Shown: positions 19,812 through 28,900 of the stretch, piece by piece | Numbering within the stretch: the stretch's first letter is position 1 | How the letters are laid out: every line of letters begins with the position of its first letter | DNA from: a bacterium | GTDB lineage: Bacteria; Bacteroidota; Ignavibacteria; Kapaibacteriales; Kapaibacteriaceae | Assembly: GCA_024711065.1 (NCBI GenBank) | Contig: JANJTN010000035.1 | Coordinates: 1-54,925, forward strand | Length of the DNA: 54,925 bases | Reading direction: 5' to 3' | Translations under genes and position numbers: made by a program | Notes under the pieces: generated by a model | The model's database searches: none | Seen by the model: the letters and a program-made list of their open reading frames with translations, nothing else | Told to the model about the DNA's origin: nothing

Positions 19812-20182
19812 ACGCTGTCCCGACCATCCCGCCCGGAGACGACTTCGACAAGCAGGTGCTGTATCGCGCCTGGATGCAGTCGCTCCCATCGGCCGACGTC
19901 CCGGCCGACTTCGATCAGACCGTCCTGCGCCGCGCAGCCAAAGGCCCCCTGACGCATTGGTGGGGTCTGGCTATCGTGGCGGCCTTCCTGGCCGTGATCG
20001 CCACCATCACGCAGCTTACTGACCGGCCCACACCGCCGGTGGTCAGCTACGTACCGGCAAGCCCCTTGCCCAGTGTGGACCTGTATCACCTGCCGCCGGC
20101 ACCGGTGGTCGAAGAGACCCGCTATCCGGATCCGCAGGAGGTTGTGCCGCCCCGCAAGCGCTTCGGCGTGGCAGGGTATTGA
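19808..20182 (+). CDS. Putative membrane-anchored anti-sigma factor
   Basis: ATGA overlap with the sigma gene. 124 aa with a single TM helix (WWGLAIVAAFLAVIATI) and a Pro-rich tail. I saw no zinc-binding HxxxCxxC motif, so the call rests on position only. Confidence 0.45.
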   Translation: MNAVPTIPPGDDFDKQVLYRAWMQSLPSADVPADFDQTVLRRAAKGPLTHWWGLAIVAAFLAVIATITQLTDRPTPPVVSYVPASPLPSVDLYHLPPAPVVEETRYPDPQEVVPPRKRFGVAGY

Positions 20183-21375
20183 AGAAGGGCTCCGTATCTT
20201 CGCCGGCAGCATCAACGCCGGAAGACATGTTCGAACGAGAATTAGAGCGGGCTCGGAAGGGCCTTCGGGACCTGGTCTCGACACGGGATCCGTATGTATC
20301 CCTGCAGTCGATCCTGGGAAATGGCGCCGTGCATCCTGCGTATCGATGTTTTTTCGGTGCCGAAGTGGCCTGGTGGCTGCACGAAGAGCGGGCGTTACGC
20401 ACGTCCAACCCACGTTTCGACACTACGGCGGGGCCCTTCAAGGAGCTGTTTGCCAAGCTGGACGATGCCTATCTGCGCCATGCGCGGTTCGATCATGAGG
20501 AGCTGAATGCCACGATCGAAGCCGCCGTAAAGACGCGGTTGAACTTTCTCTGCCGTCCACGCACCAGCCTCAAATGGTTCGTATTCCGCGGCGAGCCCAC
20601 CAAGCCCCTGAACGAAGTCCTGCTGCGGCTGTCCTACTTTCACGACTATCAGTACCTCACGGACGGAATCCGGCAGTGGGCCGACGCACGGCGCACCGAT
20701 TCCGTGAGCTCGTACGAGATCCTGTCGATCGTCGAGTTCGAGCGGATCATCGAGAAGGTCGACAACGACGCCATCCTGGACCAGTCGCAAGACGAATTTG
20801 TGGAGCTGTTGCAGCCACTCTACGACTGGTTCGCCGAGCACAACACCGAACTCCCGCCGGAGTCAGTTCCGACCGAGGCCGTGATCATCTTTCTGGACGA
20901 CAAGGGGGCGATCCCCATCTCGCAAACGCTGGAGCGCATGCTCTATCGCGAGAACCTCAAGATCCTCACCCGAAGCAAGTTCCTGGATGTGATCGATTTC
21001 GTGATCTCCGAGATCGAGTCGGGCGCGATCCAGGGACCGGTAACGAGCAGCGAGCAGCACGAAGCTAGTAGCGAGCAGCGAGTAGCGAGTAGCGAGCAGC
21101 AAGAAGCGAGTAGCGAGCTACCAGCTACGAGCTTCGACCTTCGGTACGATCGGTTCGGAGCGGATATCGACGCAGCCACGCGGCAACGATTCATCAAGCG
21201 ACTGTGTGGGGGCGAAGACGGTGAGTTCGAGGCGCTGCTTGGCGAAGTACTTGGCAGCGAGACCTGGAAGATCGGCGCGGCCAAGCTGGATCGCTGGTTC
21301 ATTCGCCAGGGTGTTCAACCCAATAATGCCGTGGCCATGGAGTTGGCTCACGCACTCAATAAGGCCTTCCGATGA
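20179..21375 (+). CDS. Cytoplasmic hypothetical protein with an internal SSEQxxA heptad repeat
   Basis: 398-aa ORF. It starts at TTG 20179 (TTGA overlap) or ATG 20227. No TM segment and no family recognised. Its stop overlaps the obg start. Confidence 0.6.
   Translation: MKKGSVSSPAASTPEDMFERELERARKGLRDLVSTRDPYVSLQSILGNGAVHPAYRCFFGAEVAWWLHEERALRTSNPRFDTTAGPFKELFAKLDDAYLRHARFDHEELNATIEAAVKTRLNFLCRPRTSLKWFVFRGEPTKPLNEVLLRLSYFHDYQYLTDGIRQWADARRTDSVSSYEILSIVEFERIIEKVDNDAILDQSQDEFVELLQPLYDWFAEHNTELPPESVPTEAVIIFLDDKGAIPISQTLERMLYRENLKILTRSKFLDVIDFVISEIESGAIQGPVTSSEQHEASSEQRVASSEQQEASSELPATSFDLRYDRFGADIDAATRQRFIKRLCGGEDGEFEALLGEVLGSETWKIGAAKLDRWFIRQGVQPNNAVAMELAHALNKAFR
21046..21117 (+). repeat. In-frame 21-nt tandem repeat, about 3.4 copies
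   Basis: Copies at 21046-21066, 21067-21087 and 21088-21108, plus a partial copy at 21109-21117. They encode SSEQHEA SSEQRVA SSEQQEA SSE. Confidence 0.9.
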
Positions 21376-22406
21376 ATTTCATCGATACCGCCACGATCCA
21401 CGTCAAGGCTGGCGATGGCGGCAACGGACACATCTCGTTCCGGCGGGAAAAGTATGTACCCAAGGGAGGTCCCGACGGTGGCAACGGTGGCAATGGCGGC
21501 AATGTAGTGGCTGTTGCGGACCCGCAACTCGGTACCCTGCTTGACTTTACGTACAAGCGCCATTACAAGGCCAAGGCCGGCAATCCCGGTGGTAAGAACC
21601 GCCGAACCGGTCGAAGCGGCGAAGACATCACCATTCGCGTTCCATGCGGGACCGTGATCCGAGACAAGGACACCGGCGAACAGCTCGCAGACCTGGAGCG
21701 TCCGGGTCAGGAAGTTGTTCTGGCGAAAGGGGGCTTTGGAGGACGTGGCAACAGCGAGTTTGCGACCTCCGTGAATCAGGCTCCACGCCATGCCGAGCCC
21801 GGCACTCCGGGGGAGGAGCTTACGCTTGAATTAGAGCTTAAGTTGTTGGCAGATGTGGGGTTAGTAGGCTTTCCCAACGCCGGCAAGAGCACGTTGATCA
21901 GTGTGCTGAGTGCAGCTCGTCCCAAGATCGCCGATTACCCTTTTACCACCCTGGTGCCCAATCTCGGATTGGTCCGCGCGGGGGAGTCGAGGTCGTATAC
22001 CATTGCCGACATTCCCGGACTCATCGAAGGGGCAAGCGAGGGTAAGGGCTTGGGACACCAGTTCTTACGTCATGTGGAGCGCACCGCCGTCCTCCTATTC
22101 CTGGTCGACAGCCAGAGTCCCGACTCCGAAGCCGATCTGGCGACGTTGAGGCGGGAGCTGCAGCGGTACAACCCCGCTATGCTGGAGAAGCCCTCGATGG
22201 TGTGTCTGACCAAGGTAGACGTTTTGATGGACGACGAACGGGAATCCTTGGAACAAGCTGAAGCAACGAAGCGTCTGCAGGCGCGCCTCATTTCGGCCGT
22301 CAGCGGCGAGGGGATCGAGGATCTGAAGCAGGCCTTGTGGCCATATATCGAGCATATGCGGGCTCAGCGGGCAGCTGAAGACGAAGCGCAAGCCCCTTTC
22401 CAGTAA
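21372..22406 (+). CDS. obg: GTPase Obg/CgtA
   Basis: Gly-rich Obg fold (GGDGGNGH, GGPDGGNGGNGG), G1 GFPNAGKST and G3 DIPGLIEGA. Confidence 0.95.
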   Translation: MNFIDTATIHVKAGDGGNGHISFRREKYVPKGGPDGGNGGNGGNVVAVADPQLGTLLDFTYKRHYKAKAGNPGGKNRRTGRSGEDITIRVPCGTVIRDKDTGEQLADLERPGQEVVLAKGGFGGRGNSEFATSVNQAPRHAEPGTPGEELTLELELKLLADVGLVGFPNAGKSTLISVLSAARPKIADYPFTTLVPNLGLVRAGESRSYTIADIPGLIEGASEGKGLGHQFLRHVERTAVLLFLVDSQSPDSEADLATLRRELQRYNPAMLEKPSMVCLTKVDVLMDDERESLEQAEATKRLQARLISAVSGEGIEDLKQALWPYIEHMRAQRAAEDEAQAPFQ

Positions 22407-22936
22407 ATAGTTACAAGCCACTTGGTGATTTTGGCACGGACATTGAGTAGGTACCTCGGCTGCAAAGGCATCCGACGTCCAAACCGCGTGGTTATGGGCA
22501 TTCGGTGTCTGCGTAGGGTGTCAGTCTGTGCAATTCGTTACACAGACGACAAGTTCATATCGGATTAACGGGATAACGGGCCGGACATGACGTATTCGTT
22601 TCAACACGTAGGCACTTCTGCGCATCCTTTCGGATGTGATGAACTCGTGTTTGGCGCATACGATGCATCGCGGTATTTTAGCGCCGCTATTCATGTACTG
22701 CTCTCCAGGGTGGGGAGTGGTTTGCGCCGTTCCGTATCTCACAATGGACAGGAACGGTTTACGAGCAGCATATGATCGATCGGTACACTTCGGCCGGATC
22801 GGGGAATCCCGGTTCGCACAATTTTGAAAAACCACGGCGCCACGAGCGCCCATTGGTGTTTACGGCCGAAGGGTCGCACATGAAGCATCTAACAGGAATA
22901 ACCAGTATCAATCATTACACTTCTTCGGAGGATCGT

Positions 22937-25900
22937 ATGACGTCCTTTGGTTCCGCGATCAGGAATGCGCACTCGCGTTCCGGCTTTGCGGTGCTGACGT
23001 TCCTTCTAGCAATTTTGCTAGGGTCCGTAGCGCCGCCGAGTCTACAGTCGCAAGTGACGTTGAGTGCCACCCCGGCCTCGCCTGAGTGCTTTGGGGTGAA
23101 CATTCAGCTCACTGCGGATGTAACGAACCGTCAAACTCCTGCTCCGGCAGCCGTGAACGCCATTGCATGGCCCGGCGGTTTGGTGGCGCAGGCAGCGGTC
23201 GGCAATGCCGCCGGCGCTGTTAACGACCTGGTGCTCGGCGACGACGAGCTATCGGGTGAGCAGAACCCCGCCAAAACGGTGAACGGTGGTGGTGGTGATT
23301 TTGAGTTCGACTTTTACGGTCAGACTCTGAACCTTTCGAACGACGGTTTCTACGTCAGCTCGAACGGCTTCATCACCTTCATCAACAACAACGCCGCTAC
23401 GGGTATCATTCCGGCCGGTGTGCCGGATGCCGCTGCTCCGAATCATACGATCATCCTGGCCAACGTAGACCTGGACCCGAACGCCGGTGGCGACATCTGG
23501 TGGCAGGTTCAGAACGATGGCAACGGCGATATCCTCGTGATCACCTTTGACGCGGTTCCGTATGTGAACCCGTTCCAGGCGAACCTGGCTACCTTCCAGG
23601 TGATCATTTATGCTGCCGACCACGGCACGAACGCAAACCGCATCGAGTGGCGGATCGACGAGCTGCCCCAGCCGGGTGGTGTATACGGTGTCTATGCCGG
23701 CTATGAGAACTCCTGCGGTACGCGCGGCCAAGCCGCCTACAACGTAGACAACGTTGCCTTTGGCGCTGTGAACGATGCAGCTTGGGAGTCGGTTGGTCAA
23801 GTAGTTGCAGCACCTTATGCTGACATTACCGTCCAGTACTTCCGTGGCGCTACCCTGATGGGTACGGTTGGACCGATCAACGCACCGGTTCCGGCCAACT
23901 CGCTGGTGAACTTTAACGTCCCGGTGGCACATCGCCAGGTGGGAACGCATAATTATAGTGCCGTCGTAACCTACGAGTACAACGACTGTACCACGGACCA
24001 GGCAACCTCTAATACGGTGGTCTACGAAGTGGTGGCTAACCCGGCACCGCCGCAACCGACCGTATCGGCACCGGCCTGCGGTCTATCGACGGCAACGGCT
24101 TCGGTTCCGGCCAACGGATCTAACAGCTATACGTGGACCCAGACAGGCGGTCCTGGTGGAGCGATCACCGGCTTTGTACCGAACGGAACGAACGCTGCTG
24201 CTTCCACCACGATGTCCTTCGACAACACGCTCCTCAACCCGAGTGGTACTGCCCTGACCGTACAGGTCACGGAAGCCCTGACGGTGGATCCGTTCTGCTC
24301 CGGCAGCAACACGCGCGTGTTCACGGCCTACCGCACACCGGATCAGCCGCTGATCACCGGCTCGGGAGCCAACAACGGTGGTATCAATCCGCCGGCTCTG
24401 CCGGGTGCCTCTGGCAACCCCTGCGCCGGTACATCTCGCACCTACACGGCTACGGCTGTTGGTACGGATGGCAACACCTACTATCGTTGGCAGCTGAGTG
24501 GTGCTCCGGCTGGAACCACCATTAACGGCGTTGCCGTTGTGGCTGGTGCACAGACGGTCACCAAGACCGGCAACACGGTAGTGATCGCCTGGGGTAACTC
24601 CACAACAGACGTGACCGCCACGCTCGTGGTGACCGCTTCGAACGGTACGGGCGGCTCTGTTGGCTCTCCGGGCTCGAACAAGTCCTGCGTTGGCCTGGCC
24701 TCTGCAGCAACTTCGGTGTTCATCAACGGCGTTCCTGCTGCCCAGCAAGTGGTACAAACTGTTCCTCCGGCTGCTGGCGCTACGTCGATCGTCTGCGAAA
24801 ACGAAACCCGCACGTACGGCGTTACGCTGACCCACCCGGGTTCTTCGTTCAACTGGACTGTGACCAACACGGTCAATGCACCGATCGCTGCCGGTCCTGG
24901 CACCTACAACCTGGTCACGGGTGCTCCGCCGAATAACAACTCGGCTACGATCGACTGGAACGGTGCTGGCACGTATCGCGTGCAGGTAACGGAAACCACC
25001 TCTGGCGGCTGCGTTACTGTTCACACGTTCCACACGGTTACGGTGAATAATCAGCCGAACCCGTCGCTGTCGGCTCCGGCTCCGGCTCTACAGTGTACCT
25101 ACATCGGCGGTCCGATCACGAACGGTCAGAACCTGGCTCAGTACACGTACACGGTCACGCCTGAGAGTGCTGCCAACAAGTTCGACTGGGCTGTGTCGAA
25201 CGGCATCTTTGTTTCGACAGGCCTTTCGACAGCCAGCTACAACCCGCTAGGTGCCGGTGGAACACAGCAAGTTCGCTGGACGTCTCCTGGTGTGAACCAG
25301 GTGTCTGTGACTGAGACCATCGTTGCTACGGGATGTTCGAAGACGGTTACGCAGAATGTTACCGTCACCGCTTCGCCAACGCCGAAGACGATCTCTGGTC
25401 CTGGCTACAACACCGGTCTTGCCGGGAACCCGTGTGCCGGCACCGGACCGCACGTATATAACGTCACCGGCCCGGTCGGTGGCAATACCTATAATTGGAA
25501 CTTTCCTGGCGCAAACGGTGGTGCTTCGTTCGTAGGTGCTACCAACTTGCCGACCGTCTCTATCAACTGGGGTGCTGCTGGCACGTACACGCTGCGCCTG
25601 ACGGAAACCGAACCGGTTGCCGGCTGTGTGACGGAGCGTACGTTCTCGATCACGGTGAACCCGCAGCCGATTGTGAATGTCACACCGGGTCTTACCGATG
25701 TGTGCGTTGGCAATACGGTGCAATTCTCGGTTGCTCCGAACGCTACGATTCTTCCTGGTGCTACCTACGCCTGGTCGGTCATTGGTCCTGGTGCCGCTAT
25801 CGTCGGCCCGGCCAACCAGCCGACCGTTACGGTGCAAGGTACTGTAGCATTTAACGCCCCTTCCGTGAGCGTGACCGTGACCAACCCGGGGGCTGGAGCC

Positions 25901-28900
25901 TGTTCTCAGTCGAATAGTGCACTGTTGTTTGTGAATCCGTTCCCGGCAACGGCTGCTCCAACGGTTCCGGCGCCGATCTGTGTTGGTGGTAACTACAACA
26001 TTCAGTTGAATGCCACAGGTTTCCCATGGACCCAAGATCGCTTCTGGTCTGCAACGCTGCGTCCAACGGTGCCCTATACCGGTTCGTCAAATCTGACGTT
26101 GACAAATGCAAATGCATATTCGAACACCTTCAACTGGAACATTACGATCGGCGACTCTTCGCTGGCTGATATTCTGGCAGGTGGACAGTTCGAAATCGAT
26201 GTGACCATCACCGATATCGGATGGTGGTCTGGCGTTGCTTGTACGGATGGTCCGGACACGTACGGCCCGTACACGGTCGAGCCACGTCCTACGCGTCCGG
26301 TGGCTGACTTCGTAACGCCGGTCTGCGACGACAACTACGATCAGTTCTATCAGATCACCAACTTCAACGCTGCTTACACCTACTCACTTTCGAGCAACCA
26401 GGGTGGTCTGGTGTACGCGATCAACCCTGGCACTGGTGAGATCACCATCTCGGACTGGGGTGCACCCAGCCTGACGAAAGTGATCACGCTTGATGTGAAC
26501 GACGGTACCTGTAACCGTGTGCAGCTGTATGACATCGACGTCTACGCTGCCCCGGCTAACCCGCAACCGGCACCGATCACCATCAACGCCGTTTGCGTGG
26601 ACTCTGGCTACTTCGATAATCCGGGTGTCCTCGGTCCGGTAACGCCGACGCGTACGGTAACGTACTCGGCTCCTTCGCCGATCGCTGGTCACTGGTATCA
26701 GTGGTACGTCACCAACGGCTTCATCGTTGAAGCTGGCAACAGTGTTGGACAGTTCACCACAGCCACGCAGAACGCTACGAGCGCAACGGTTGTGTGGACC
26801 GGCCCGAACCCGGGCAAGGTGAAGTACCTTGTGTTCACGAGCGACCCGAATGCCGCACCGCCGGCACCGTGCTTTGCTACGTCGATCGAGCCGACCGTGA
26901 ACCTGCCGATCATTCCGGACGTGCCGCTGTCGTTCACCACGTCGTCCAACGTTGTTGACGATAAGGTGTGCGAAGGCAACCCGGTAACGCTGACCCTGTC
27001 GGGCAGCAAGGTGGGTCTCAGCTATCGTGTCGAAGAGTGGAACGGCGCAACGTGGGCTGATGCTGGCATCGCTCCGGTGGCCGGTACGGGTGCAGCGATC
27101 AACATCGTTGTTCCGTCGAGCGTTCTCGACATTGTTTCCAGCCCGACCACGGACCATGTGTTCCGTATCACGGCTAAGGATCTGGCCTTCGCACCTGGCA
27201 TCGCTGGCCCATGTGAGTGGCTGCGAACAGCTACGGACGTGATCACGATCACGGTCTATGATACGCCGGACGACAAGCCGGTTGTGATCGACCCAAGCAC
27301 CGCTCTGGTGTGCGACGGCGACAACGTGCAAGTGCTTGTTGGCAACGGTGGCAATGGCACGCAGACATTCGTTGAGTACTCGCTTGAGCGTCGTCAGCTT
27401 TTCCCTGCCCTTGGTGGCTGGGCACCGGTCGCCGGCTCTGCCCAAATGGGCAACGGCGGTCAGATCACGCTGGTTGACAATACCACGGCTGGTATTGGCA
27501 CCGGTGGTCCTCTGCTGAACGTAAACAACTATGAATGGCGCGTTTCGGCTCTTATTCCGCCGGCACCGCTCAATCCGCCGGCTGGTGGTTGCCAGGTCTA
27601 TATGGCCACGACCGCAGCTGCGAAAGTGTTCGAATACCCGACGGACCCGACGGTGACGTTCTCGCCGAACCCGGTCTGCTGGGAAGAGGACATCACGGTG
27701 AACCTTGCCAACACCCAAGCAGGTGTTGAGTACGAGGTGAACGTGAACGGTACGGATCTGAGCCCGCAAGTGATCCTGCAGGGAACTGGTGGCAACGTTT
27801 CGGTTGCCTTCAACTCCACGCTGATCCAGGCAATGAACCCGAACGTGAACAACATTGTTGCCAACGTTCAAGTGGAAGCTCGTCTGGTCCAGAACGGCAC
27901 GTATACGCGTCCGATCCCGGCCTCGACCTGCCCGATCCAGTATGGCACCACGAATATCAATGTCCTTGAGAAGCCGGTTGCAGCTATCTCGGGTCCGGAC
28001 TCCGTCTGCGGCCCGTCTACAACCGACTTCGTGGGTGCACCGGTGACACCGTCGCCGATCTCCACCTACGACTGGTTGCTGGTGGCTCCGGTTCACCCGG
28101 GCACCACGCCGATCACGGCCAACAACACCGGCAACGGTACGGTCAATCCGTATACCGTGAACTGGGGTGTGTTGAACCTGAACTGCGACGGTACCTACAA
28201 CTTTGTGAATCAAACGATCCGCATGATCGTGACGAACAACAATGGTTGTACGGATACGGCCTTCAAGGTGGTGAAGATCAACCCGACGGTTGATGACGCT
28301 GCTATCGTTGGCGACAACCAGGCTTGTATCTACGGTGGCTACGAAGAGCACCTCGAGACCTACTCCATCAAGCGTCCGGATCCGTGTGTGTACCCTGCTG
28401 GTACCACCTTCTTCTGGTCGATGCCGACGGGTACGGTTTCCGGTGCCATCCGCAGCGGTCAATTCACCGAGACCATCATTGCTGAGTGGCACACCACTGG
28501 CGGCTCTGGCATCGGTACGGTTACGGCTACGGTTACGCTCCCGGCTTCGCATGGTGGCTGCGCTACCACGCGTACGTTGGACGTAGCGGTCTATCCGCTG
28601 CCGGTTCCGACCATCGCTGGTCCGGCATCGGTCTGCCAGAATCAACAGAACGTGGCCTACACGGCTGACAACTATCCGACAGACCAGTACTTCTGGTCGG
28701 TGATCGGTGGTAAGATCGACGGCGGCACCGGTAACGGTGTGGTGGGTGATACCGCCAAGCGCAATGGCGTCGCTCTGAATACCATCACGGTAGACTGGAA
28801 CGATACCCCGAATCCGAACGCCTTCGTTCGCCTGAAGCAGGTTTCTGCTCAAGGCTGTATGGAGATCACGGACTTTGCTGTGGTTGTGAACCCGACACCG

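Noticed and set aside
22407-22936. Search for a tRNA, tmRNA, RNase P, SRP RNA or a known riboswitch core in the long gap, and in the other spacers over 90 nt.
   Set aside because: No cloverleaf-compatible arms, no T-loop GTTCGAATC-type box and no conserved riboswitch cores were recognisable by eye. An Infernal scan would be needed to exclude them formally.
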